Assembly (NCBI GenBank): GCA_947176675.1
Contig: CAMWRN010000001.1
Span: 1 to 49,399, forward strand
From: an uncultured Clostridia bacterium
GTDB taxonomy: Bacteria > Bacillota > Clostridia > Oscillospirales > Ruminococcaceae
Length of the DNA stretch: 49,399 nt
Direction: 5' to 3'
Shown: positions 37,747-46,611 of the stretch, piece after piece
How positions within the stretch are numbered: the stretch's first letter is position 1
Layout: each line of letters starts with the position of its first letter
Translations under genes and position numbers: made by a program
The notes under the pieces: generated by a model
The model's database searches: none
The model's input: only the letters and a program-made list of their open reading frames with translations
What the model was told of the DNA's origin: nothing

Positions 37747-38343
37747 GTGATGTACATCGGAAAGGAAGTGAGGGATTTGCTCTGCAAAGAGGAGTTTGAA
37801 CGGATCGCCTGCGAGAATATTCAAAGACTTTACGCTCACGCGGCTGTAATGCTCCGTTCCGCAAGCGACGCGGAGGACGCCGCCGAAGAAGCCTTGTACC
37901 AACTGTTCAAACGGAAAAAGCCCTTTGAAAGCGAAGAGCACTGCCGCGCATGGCTTATCAAAGTTACCATAAACGCTTCGCTGAAAATTCTTCGGAGACG
38001 AAAGCGTTTCTCCGACGACCCGCAGGAGCTTGAAAGAATAACAAGGCAGTTTGAGTATCCGGAACAGTCGGAATTGTTTCGGGCGGTATCGGGTCTGGAC
38101 AGCAAGTATAAGACTGTGGTAGTGCTGTATTATTATGAAAATATGTCCGTAAAGGAAATTGCGCGCACACTGAAAATTTCCGCCACAAACGTTACAACAA
38201 GGCTTGACCGCGCAAGAAAGCAGCTTAAAGAAATACTTGAAGGGAGTAACGAATATGAATACTTTGAACGACAGACTAAAGGAAACTATGTCACGGATTT
38301 CAACCGAACGGGACATTGTGACCTCGGCGAAAATAAGGGTTGA
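37747..38343 (+). CDS. ECF-type sigma-70 family RNA polymerase sigma factor
   Basis: Region 2 (...CRAWLIKVTINASLKILRRRKR) and region 4 HTH (...MSVKEIARTLKISATNVTTRLDRARKQL). Confidence 0.85.
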   Translation: MMYIGKEVRDLLCKEEFERIACENIQRLYAHAAVMLRSASDAEDAAEEALYQLFKRKKPFESEEHCRAWLIKVTINASLKILRRRKRFSDDPQELERITRQFEYPEQSELFRAVSGLDSKYKTVVVLYYYENMSVKEIARTLKISATNVTTRLDRARKQLKEILEGSNEYEYFERQTKGNYVTDFNRTGHCDLGENKG

Positions 38344-39352
38344 AGTCGAGACGGGACATAAAAGGTCCCTGCCGAAATTTAAAATGAGCGTTCCGATAGC
38401 GGTATGTGCTTTGGTGTTGGTTTGCGGAATTACAGTCTCGGCAATGGCGAATATGGACTGGGCGCATAAGCTTTTCGGCAGCAGCGCGGCTATTATTGAA
38501 GAAAATATTAACGATTACAGCGTTAATATCGGAAATGTCAAAATCGAAAACGCCGAGGGTTTGAATTGTAAATTCTCTATAGGGGACGTTATTTCGGACG
38601 GAAATATGCTTTTTATCAATCTACTTGTTGAGGATACCCTCGGGGAGCTTCAGTGGGACGGGAAAAGAGCCGCTCCCGGAAACGCGCTGGCTGTAGATGG
38701 AAGCGAGCTGCGCTATTCATGGAAAACCTCAACGTGGGTGATAACCGACCAAACAGAAAATACCGTCAGCACGGCAATCATTGCAAAATTCAATAACAGT
38801 ATTAAAAATGGCGATGTTGTGGAATTCAAGCTTACAAACAGCTCCCTGCGTCCGCAGGAATTTCTTACTCCCGAAGAAGCAAAAAAATGGAGATCCTATC
38901 TTGCGACTGTAAGCTTTGAAATTCAAAGCGATATAAACACCGCAAAAACAATAAACGTAAACCATACCGCTGTTTTCAAAAACAGACCCGACCCTGAATG
39001 GGAATTTCCCGAACTTGATGAGGATAAACTGGTGTCCGCCGAAATAAACATTAACACCATAACAATTTCGCCTTTCAGCTTTGAATTAAGCGGTACAGCC
39101 GATCTTTCGCAGCATGTTGGTTTGATTAACTCTCCCGAAACCGGGTGGGGAAACATTTGGTTTATTTACAAAAACGGTGAAAGGATGTGCTTTCGACCCA
39201 ATACGACAAGTATGAAAGTCAAGAAAAACCATAAAGAAATATGGATCTACGCCGATTTCTCAAACTCACACGGAGGTACTCCAATGGGTGTGCAGAACCT
39301 GAACGAAATAGAAGCCATAGAATTTGACGGCGTGTCCGTGCCGATGATATAA
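38255..39352 (+). CDS. Putative anti-sigma factor (single TM, DUF4179-like)
   Basis: GGGAG then ATG 38255. N-terminal cytoplasmic segment, TM helix SVPIAVCALVLVCGITVSAMA and an extracytoplasmic domain. Overlaps the sigma gene's 3' end. Confidence 0.55.
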   Translation: MNTLNDRLKETMSRISTERDIVTSAKIRVEVETGHKRSLPKFKMSVPIAVCALVLVCGITVSAMANMDWAHKLFGSSAAIIEENINDYSVNIGNVKIENAEGLNCKFSIGDVISDGNMLFINLLVEDTLGELQWDGKRAAPGNALAVDGSELRYSWKTSTWVITDQTENTVSTAIIAKFNNSIKNGDVVEFKLTNSSLRPQEFLTPEEAKKWRSYLATVSFEIQSDINTAKTINVNHTAVFKNRPDPEWEFPELDEDKLVSAEININTITISPFSFELSGTADLSQHVGLINSPETGWGNIWFIYKNGERMCFRPNTTSMKVKKNHKEIWIYADFSNSHGGTPMGVQNLNEIEAIEFDGVSVPMI

Positions 39353-39356
39353 AAAT

Positions 39357-39391
39357 AAAAACCGAAAACCAATAAAAGGTTTTCGGTTTTT
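39357..39391. terminator. Bidirectional terminator between the anti-sigma gene and gdpP
   Basis: AAAACCGAAAACC-N7-GGTTTTCGGTTTT. Confidence 0.8.
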
Positions 39392-39423
39392 ATTTTACCC
39401 TGCGGACGGTAGATTTTTTCCTA

Positions 39424-41418
39424 TCACGAAATATTTGCAATATGCTCGTCGATTGCTCCCACAAGCTTTGCCTTCGCTTCGTGAACAGTGATGCCGCTGA
39501 ACTGTGCCGCAGCCATTGTCTGGTGACCGCCGCCGCCCAGCTTTTCCATAATGATCTGTACGTTCATTGCTCCAAGCGAACGGGCGGAAATATTTATTCC
39601 TCCATCAGGAGTGCTGAATATCACAAAGCTTGCGTCAACACCCGCAATACTCAGCATTTCGTCCGCTGCCTGTGCGGAGCTTACCCTTGCGTCGGGAGAA
39701 CCGCTGTCGTCCGAGGCAATAGCGCATCTGTTGTAGATCTCTGCGCCCGAAACAAGCCGTGAGCGGTGCTTGATAGATTCAAAGTCGTTCGCGAACAGAC
39801 CCTTTACGGCAACCATGTCTGCGCCAAGCTTTCTAAGGAAAGCCGCTGCTTCAAATGTCCGTACGCCGGTACGCATTACAAAATCCTTTGTGTCAAGCAT
39901 TATTCCCGCAAGCATAGCGTCGGCATAATAGCTGGGAAGCTTGTCTATCCCCGAAAAATATTGGATAAGCTCGGCGACCATTTCGCTTGCCGAGGAGGCG
40001 TAAGGCTCATGGTGGAAAATTACCGCGTTGTCAATGTAATTCACCGTCTGGCGGTGATGATCTATAACGGCGATGTGCTTCGCCCGCTCGTAAAGCTCGT
40101 CGCTTTCGATAATGTCCTTGTTGTGGGTATCGACGATTATCAAAAGGGTATTGTCGTTCATTTTTACGAGAGCCTCCGCAGGGGAAATAAAGATGGGCAG
40201 CTCGTCTGTAAGATTTTCATTCAGCCTGTTTATGATAGGCTTTGCGAGATTTTTTTCCGGCTCCACAGCCATGTAGGCTTCGATATCGGGGTTGAGGCGT
40301 CTTACCGCGCCGCACATACCCGCTCCCGAACCCACGCTGTCAAGGTCGCCGAAGCGGTGTCCCATAATGATAACGTTCGAGGAGGAATTAATAAGCTCCA
40401 TCAAAGCCGTTGCAACAAAGCGGGTCTTAACCTTGGTGGACTTTTCGATTCCCTTTGTAACTCCGCCGAAAAATTCAAAGCCGTTTTCGTTTTTGACCGC
40501 GACCTGATCACCGCCTCTGCCCTGAGCCATTTCAAGAGCCTGCTTGGCGTCCTGTTCAGCCTCGGAGATATTCGCCGCTCCCGTTCCCACGCCTATTGAA
40601 AGAGTAACGGGAGACTTTTCCGACACCGGTATCTTTCTTACATTGTCGAGAATTTTAAACTTGTCCTCAGTCATCTTTTTAAGATCGCGTTCTTCCGCGA
40701 CCGCGATAAATTTGTCGTTGGAAAGTTTTCTAAGCAGACTGTTGTGCTCGTCAAAATAATTTTCAAGAAGCTTATCCGCCTGTATCATTATGTGAGCCTT
40801 TTCGCTGTCCTTTTCACCGGAAAGTATCTCGTCGTAATTGTCCACCGAAATTATAATTACCGCCGGACGGATATCGTTGAACCTTCCCTCCAAAGTGATG
40901 TAGTCGCTTATGTCGTCGAAATAAAGCAGGGTAAGGTCGGAGATAAGCTCCGAGTCGGAGTCCCTTTTTTCGGTAGTTACCGCAGAAATCCTGAAATGCC
41001 CCGTTTCATAGCTCACTGTAATGTTTTTGTTTTCAAAGGTCTTTTCCAAGTCGATATTGATGATCTTCGTTATATGCAGACCGAAAGCGTCGCCGCCGTA
41101 TACCTGCTCTGTAAAGGCGATATTGTACCATACTATAATTCCCTCTCCGTCGATTATCACCGCAGGGGCGGGAAACTTATAGAGTGAATCCCTTTCGGTA
41201 AGGTTAAGCTGGGATTCCATTTCGGTCACAAATTTGTGCAGGTTTTTCTGGGACGCGGAAAAAAGCGTCAGATACGCCAGAGCCGTCAGAGACGTTATTG
41301 CCAGCAGCGTCCAGAAGCGTACCTCGTCCGTATTGTACAGTGAAAATGCACACGCCAGTGATACTACCACAAGCAGCATCGAGACCATTTTAAATGCCGT
41401 CCAGCGTTTTCCTTTCAT
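39424..41418 (-). CDS. gdpP: Cyclic-di-AMP phosphodiesterase GdpP
   Basis: Two N-terminal TM helices, PAS-like region, degenerate GGDEF (..RGGDQVAV..), DHH (..DHHR..) and DHHA1 GGGH motif. Confidence 0.9.
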   Translation of the reverse strand: MKGKRWTAFKMVSMLLVVVSLACAFSLYNTDEVRFWTLLAITSLTALAYLTLFSASQKNLHKFVTEMESQLNLTERDSLYKFPAPAVIIDGEGIIVWYNIAFTEQVYGGDAFGLHITKIINIDLEKTFENKNITVSYETGHFRISAVTTEKRDSDSELISDLTLLYFDDISDYITLEGRFNDIRPAVIIISVDNYDEILSGEKDSEKAHIMIQADKLLENYFDEHNSLLRKLSNDKFIAVAEERDLKKMTEDKFKILDNVRKIPVSEKSPVTLSIGVGTGAANISEAEQDAKQALEMAQGRGGDQVAVKNENGFEFFGGVTKGIEKSTKVKTRFVATALMELINSSSNVIIMGHRFGDLDSVGSGAGMCGAVRRLNPDIEAYMAVEPEKNLAKPIINRLNENLTDELPIFISPAEALVKMNDNTLLIIVDTHNKDIIESDELYERAKHIAVIDHHRQTVNYIDNAVIFHHEPYASSASEMVAELIQYFSGIDKLPSYYADAMLAGIMLDTKDFVMRTGVRTFEAAAFLRKLGADMVAVKGLFANDFESIKHRSRLVSGAEIYNRCAIASDDSGSPDARVSSAQAADEMLSIAGVDASFVIFSTPDGGINISARSLGAMNVQIIMEKLGGGGHQTMAAAQFSGITVHEAKAKLVGAIDEHIANIS

Positions 41419-41458
41419 AGCGGTTTGTCCTTTCGGTTTTAATTAACGATCAATGGGA

Positions 41459-43456
41459 TCAGATTTCCATAATAATTGGAAGTATCATAGGTCTGCGCTT
41501 GGTTTTCATGTAAATGTAGTCGCTGAGCTCGTCCCTCATGCGGGATTTTATAGTGTTCCAGTCGTGCATATCCCCGTCCAGACAGCCCTGAAGCGTTTTC
41601 ATCAGCAGCTTCTGGGCAGCGTCGATAAGCTCCTCCGATTCTCTCACGTAAACAAATCCGCGGGAAACGATATCTGGTCCGGCAAGGATAGCTCCGCTTT
41701 CCGATTCGATGGTCGCCACTGCGATGATAAGACCGTCCTCGGAAAGATGCTTTCTGTCCCGAAGCACGATAGAACCAACGTCGCCAACACCAAGTCCGTC
41801 CACAAATACCCGTCCCGCAGGAACTTGTCCCGTGATCTTCATGTCCACGCCGTTTGTTTCGATAACGTTGCCTATGCTTCCTATTATAACGCTGTCCTCT
41901 TCAAAACCGAGACTGTAGGCAAGTCCCGCGTGCTTTTTCAGGTGCTTGTACTCGCCGTGTACGGGAATGAAATACCGCGGCTTTGTCAGGGAAAGCATAA
42001 GCTTCAGCTCCTCCTGACAGGCATGTCCCGATACGTGAACGTCGTACATGGATTCATATATTACCTCCGCGCCCGCCCGCATAAGCTCATTAACGACCTT
42101 TGTTACCAGCTTTTCGTTTCCGGGAATAGGAGTTGCGCTGATGATTATAAAGTCCATGGGAGTTATCGTTACTGTGCGGTGCTCATTCATAGCCATTCTC
42201 GACAGCGCGGACATAGGCTCGCCCTGACTTCCCGTGGTTATAAGAACTATCTTTTCGGGCGGAAAGCGGTTCATAGCGTCTATGTCGATTATAAGTCCCT
42301 CGGGCATTTTAAGGTATCCAAGCTCCATAGCGGTGCTTATAACGTTGAGCATACTTCTGCCGAAAACGGCTATCTTTCTGCCGCATCTGACCGCGTTGTT
42401 AACGATTTGCTGTACCCTGTGTATATTGGAGGAAAATGTTGCAATAATAATACGTTTTCCTTCGGCGGTGTCGAAAAGACGCTCAAAGCTGTTTCCCACT
42501 GTTCTTTCAGTGGCGGTGTGACCGCGTCTTTCCGCGTTGGTGGAATCGGACATAAGCGCAAGGACTCCCCTGTTGCCAAGTTCACCGAAGCGGGCAAGGT
42601 CAATTATCTCGCTTTCAATAGGGGTGTAGTCCACCTTGAAGTCGCCCGTGTGTACCACCACTCCCGCAGGGGTGTGGATAGCCAGAGCTACCGCATCCGG
42701 GATAGAATGGTTCACGCGGATAAATTCAACAGCCATGCAGCCCATTTTAACAGTCTGCCTTGGAGTTACAACATTGAGCTGCGCGGAGGAAAGTATACCG
42801 TGCTCGCGGAGCTTTCCTTCGATAAGACCGATGGTAAGACGTGTGGCGTAAACGGGAACGTTCACCTTTTTGAGCAGGTAAGCAAGTCCGCCGATGTGAT
42901 CCTCGTGACCGTGAGTGATGACGATGCCGCGTATCTTGTCCGCATTTTGCTCAACGTAGGAAAAGTCGGGCAGGACAAGGTCAACGCCGGGCATATCGCT
43001 GTCGGGAAAAGCCAGACCGCAGTCCACGATAAACATATCGTTGGAGCATTCAAAAACAGTCATATTCTTGCCGATCTCGTTAAGTCCGCCCAAAGGGATA
43101 ATTTTCAGAGGAGTCCTTTTTACAGACTTGTGGTTTGTTGTATGCAGAGGCAGACCTGTAGCAGGGTGTATCTCGGCAGCGGGAGCGGCTGTGCTTTGCT
43201 GTCTTTTTGACGATTGATTTTTCTGTACTTTCTGCTGGTTAGGGCGGTTTTGGGGCTGACGTGATTTTTTCTCTCCTGCAAAGGGAACGATCGGCGCAGG
43301 CGGAGTTTTCTTGGAAAAGATGCCCTCTGTTTTTTTTGCGGCGGACTTTTTGGAAGCCGTGTTTTTGGCAGTATCGTTCTGTTTTCTGGAGGGCTTGGGA
43401 GCAATTCTTTCGCCGTATGCGTTCAGTTCAATTTCGTTAGTATCATTTTTTGCCAA
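41459..43456 (-). CDS. rnj: Ribonuclease J with a long basic N-terminal extension
   Basis: Metallo-beta-lactamase HGHEDH, beta-CASP and C-terminal domains. ORF is open to 43627, but the promoter at 43643-43671 leaves no room for a leader there. The best SD-supported start is TTG 43456. Start is uncertain. Confidence 0.88.
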   Translation of the reverse strand: MAKNDTNEIELNAYGERIAPKPSRKQNDTAKNTASKKSAAKKTEGIFSKKTPPAPIVPFAGEKKSRQPQNRPNQQKVQKNQSSKRQQSTAAPAAEIHPATGLPLHTTNHKSVKRTPLKIIPLGGLNEIGKNMTVFECSNDMFIVDCGLAFPDSDMPGVDLVLPDFSYVEQNADKIRGIVITHGHEDHIGGLAYLLKKVNVPVYATRLTIGLIEGKLREHGILSSAQLNVVTPRQTVKMGCMAVEFIRVNHSIPDAVALAIHTPAGVVVHTGDFKVDYTPIESEIIDLARFGELGNRGVLALMSDSTNAERRGHTATERTVGNSFERLFDTAEGKRIIIATFSSNIHRVQQIVNNAVRCGRKIAVFGRSMLNVISTAMELGYLKMPEGLIIDIDAMNRFPPEKIVLITTGSQGEPMSALSRMAMNEHRTVTITPMDFIIISATPIPGNEKLVTKVVNELMRAGAEVIYESMYDVHVSGHACQEELKLMLSLTKPRYFIPVHGEYKHLKKHAGLAYSLGFEEDSVIIGSIGNVIETNGVDMKITGQVPAGRVFVDGLGVGDVGSIVLRDRKHLSEDGLIIAVATIESESGAILAGPDIVSRGFVYVRESEELIDAAQKLLMKTLQGCLDGDMHDWNTIKSRMRDELSDYIYMKTKRRPMILPIIMEI

Positions 43457-43642
43457 AGTAATACCAATCCTTTCGTTAAAAAATATGTACGATTCATAAT
43501 GACATGGAAGTCGGTTTTCGCAAATACCGTCGGAATACCGTATCGGGTTTAGCATAGACGTTTTGGTGAATAACCCTTTTGCGGGAATACATTTTGGTTC
43601 TCGGGGTAAATATCCTAATCCGAACATAATAAATCAAATTAT

Positions 43643-43671
43643 ATTATACTATATAATTTTAGTTTTGTCAA
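43643..43671 (-). promoter_or_regulatory. Sigma-A promoter of rnj
   Basis: On the minus strand: TTGACA, 17 nt, TATAAT. Confidence 0.55.
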
Positions 43672-43810
43672 TGACAAACAAAAATTATTGTAAAATAATG
43701 GATATTACATTATGCTTAAGTATCGGACATTTCAGGCTGCGAAGCCTCCGGCTTAAAAAAGTTCGCCGCCTTTGAAAAGGCGGACGAAACTTTTCGTTTT
43801 GCCGGTGTTT

Positions 43811-46132
43811 TTACATTCTGCTGTTTATTTCCAGCTGCCTTAATTTATCCTGATAAAAGTCGCACAGCTCGGACGCGGCTTCCATCGAAAAGCTCTCCAC
43901 TTTCATCATCACCCCTTTCTCCGTTTTTACGGGACGTATCATCACCCGTCCCCGTTTATCGTTCACTACTATACCGTCTCCGGAAGCCTGTTCCTCGGTG
44001 CAAATCTGTCTCAAAAGCTTTACAGGGTGCTTATCCACCGCCACAAATCGCGTTGCCAGAGCCATTTCGGGAAGCTCCTCCACTGCCTGCGCAAGAGTTA
44101 TCCCCCTGCTTTCAAGGACTTTCAGCGTTGTAAGCGCAAGAGCAGCCCCGTCGCGGACAAAGGGAGTTTCCGCAGCAAGCCGTCTTGCTTCGCGGTCGTT
44201 TGTATCCGACGGACAGCCGCTGTACCGCAGCACAGTTCTGCCGAAGCGTTCCGCGAGTCTGTCTGCGGCGCGCGGGAAATCATATGGCAAAGCCATGTCC
44301 ATACCCTGTGAAAAACGATCCGCACAGCATATCAATATCAGCTTTTCCTCGAAAACATATCCCGTTTCCTCTGTGTAGGCGGAGGCACCCTTTCCGTCGC
44401 TGCCGATATGGAAAACTATGGGTTCCCCGTTTTTATCGCCGATTCTTTTCATAATGTCCCCGCACATATCCGTCACCGAGCTGCCCGATGTGTTCAGTAC
44501 CGCTTTTATCCCGTTCAGCGAGCGGGGAGCGGTCTCTTCCAGCATATTTTTATAAAGTCCCACTATCGCTTCTGTATTGTGAAGCTGTCCGAAGTGCATA
44601 AATCCCGCCCGATGGTACTCGCTGCGGTTAAGTCCCCCCTCAATAATTTTTTCCTCGCTTCTTGAAAGGGGCAGACCGTCTCCCGAGCAAAGACTTATTT
44701 TCGCTGTTACTCCTGCGTCTGCGCGGCAGCCTGCCGATAAGCGGGATTTTGCAGTACAGTATGCAAGCGCAGGCTCTGTACAGCTTCCGAAAAGCCATGC
44801 CTCAGCGCCTGCGGCGGTGACTCCCGAAGCTATAGCAAGGGCAAGGCTTTTGGACGCGGGATTGTCTTTCCAGCCTATGCCTATCTTTCCTCCAAGCGAA
44901 GCAAGAGAACTTCCCAGCATCGCCGCTGTCTGGGGAGTTATTACCCCCCCGGTTTCGCCGCATATGCCGTCCTCCCCTATTTTTACAGGAGAAAGAAAGC
45001 CATACTTTATGTCCTGTTCGGCACAGGCATAGCTGTCAAGATGCCTGCCGTTCCAGATCTTTACTCCGCATTTTACCACAGCCTGCTCTGCAATTACCGC
45101 GCTGTCTCCCACTGCCGCGCCCTCGTAGACCGCCGCGCCCGTTAAAAGCCGGGCTCCGGTGCCTATCACGGCGTTGTTTACTGTTGCACGCTCTCCGATG
45201 TATGCGCCGTCCATAACGATCGCGCCGTTAAGCTTTGCTCCGCGGCAGACCGTTACATTCTCGCCGATGACAGTTCTCTTGCCTATTTCGGCTTGCGGAG
45301 CAATGTCTGCCGATCCCGAAACATAAACGGGGGGAACAAGCTTCAGATCGGGACGGTCGGTTGATTTTATGAGAATATTTTTCCCTGACGAATTATTGTC
45401 CGGCATTGGAACAAGTCCTCCTAAAACTGCGTTTGAAGCGGTGAAAAGATCGTCGGGCGTATCTATGTCAATAAAGACTCCTTTTGCTGTAAAGTTAAAC
45501 ACCTTGCCGCCGTCCCGTATCAGAGCGGGAATAAATTCGGCTAGCAAGTCGCCGTAATCCCCCGCCTGCGCCGCCGCAGAGCCGCTTAGGATAAAGATAC
45601 CTGCGGCGGCAAGTTCGGAAGCACAGCTTTCCCTTGCCGGGTTGGGGATAATGTCCGCGGCAAGACCGTCCCGAACGGAAACAAGAGTGCAGTCTGATGG
45701 CTTGTCCGTTGGAAAGGTCACAACGGTAACGTCCGCAGAGTTTGTTCTGTGAGCGTCTAAAACAGCGGCAAGATCGGTCTCAAAAAGCAAATCGCCGTAC
45801 AGCACGGCAATGTCCTCATTTTCGGCAAGCTCGGAGACTTCTGCCGCTCTTGCGATAGGACGGCATGTACCCTCAGGAGAGGAGGATATTATATAGTCTG
45901 CCTGCGGCGACAAATCCGCCTGAAGCGGAGCGTCGAGATGATCTGTGATAACGTTTGAAAGTCGGTCGGCGGCAACAAAAACCGATGTAAATCCAAAGCG
46001 TCCGAGAGCGTCCAGACTGAAGTCAATAAGAGGTCTGCCGCAGACGGGCAGCATGGCTTTCGGCTTTGTGCAGGTAAGAGGGCGGAGTCTGAGACCGTCC
46101 CCGCCCGCAAGGATAACGGCGCGGTTGATCAT
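43811..46132 (-). CDS. Sugar-phosphate nucleotidyltransferase / hexapeptide-repeat / phosphohexomutase-like fusion protein
   Basis: AGGAGG then ATG 46132. N-terminal AVILAGGDGLRLRPLTCTKPKAMLPV, LbH repeats in the middle, and a PGM/PMM-like C-terminal half. Confidence 0.8.
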   Translation of the reverse strand: MINRAVILAGGDGLRLRPLTCTKPKAMLPVCGRPLIDFSLDALGRFGFTSVFVAADRLSNVITDHLDAPLQADLSPQADYIISSSPEGTCRPIARAAEVSELAENEDIAVLYGDLLFETDLAAVLDAHRTNSADVTVVTFPTDKPSDCTLVSVRDGLAADIIPNPARESCASELAAAGIFILSGSAAAQAGDYGDLLAEFIPALIRDGGKVFNFTAKGVFIDIDTPDDLFTASNAVLGGLVPMPDNNSSGKNILIKSTDRPDLKLVPPVYVSGSADIAPQAEIGKRTVIGENVTVCRGAKLNGAIVMDGAYIGERATVNNAVIGTGARLLTGAAVYEGAAVGDSAVIAEQAVVKCGVKIWNGRHLDSYACAEQDIKYGFLSPVKIGEDGICGETGGVITPQTAAMLGSSLASLGGKIGIGWKDNPASKSLALAIASGVTAAGAEAWLFGSCTEPALAYCTAKSRLSAGCRADAGVTAKISLCSGDGLPLSRSEEKIIEGGLNRSEYHRAGFMHFGQLHNTEAIVGLYKNMLEETAPRSLNGIKAVLNTSGSSVTDMCGDIMKRIGDKNGEPIVFHIGSDGKGASAYTEETGYVFEEKLILICCADRFSQGMDMALPYDFPRAADRLAERFGRTVLRYSGCPSDTNDREARRLAAETPFVRDGAALALTTLKVLESRGITLAQAVEELPEMALATRFVAVDKHPVKLLRQICTEEQASGDGIVVNDKRGRVMIRPVKTEKGVMMKVESFSMEAASELCDFYQDKLRQLEINSRM

Positions 46133-46206
46133 AATAAAACCTCCTGTGAAAATTATTTGCATAGTTGTTTATTGGTATTATTAACCGCGGCAGGTGATTT
46201 TAAACA

Positions 46207-46241
46207 TAAAAAAGCCGTTCGGAGATTTCTCTCCGAACGGC
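46207..46241 (-). terminator. Terminator after the zinc-ribbon miniprotein gene
   Basis: GCCGTTCGGAGA-N4-TCTCCGAACGGC followed by a T-run on the minus strand. Confidence 0.8.
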
Positions 46242-46252
46242 AAGGGAATGGA

Positions 46253-46441
46253 TCAATACGGATCTTTTTCGGAGTATCCGCCCGAAACTTTAGGCATGGA
46301 TCTGCTTGATATTGTGCGGACTGCATTGTCACACTTTGAACATTTTATCACGTAGCTGCTGCCGCCGGAAACAACGGGGGAATTCTCATCAACGGAGATC
46401 GTTACAACATTTCCGCATGAACATTTCTCATTGTATACCAT
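46253..46441 (-). CDS. Zinc-ribbon small protein (hypothetical, 62 aa)
   Basis: AGGAGG SD, CxC...CxxC cysteine pairs, and its own terminator. Confidence 0.55.
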   Translation of the reverse strand: MVYNEKCSCGNVVTISVDENSPVVSGGSSYVIKCSKCDNAVRTISSRSMPKVSGGYSEKDPY

Positions 46442-46563
46442 TTTAATGTCCTCCTTTTGTATAATTTCGGAAGAACTTTGCGCTCGTCCGATATACGTAT
46501 CATACAGTAAAAAAGAGCCGCAAAGATGATATTTTCACACTTTGCCTGAACAGCGGCACGGCA

Positions 46564-46600
46564 GAAAAAAGCAGTATCCGCAAAATTTCGCGGATACTGC
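46564..46600 (-). terminator. Terminator after cysS
   Basis: GCAGTATCCGC-N8-GCGGATACTGC followed by TTTTTTC on the minus strand. Confidence 0.8.
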
Positions 46601-46611
46601 TGAAAATATTA

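Noticed and set aside
41453-43210. 585-aa + strand ORF
   Set aside because: It is entirely antisense to RNase J, whose motifs (HGHEDH, beta-CASP) are unambiguous. The product is H/R/V/S/Y-rich with no recognisable domain, SD or promoter. This is a typical shadow ORF.
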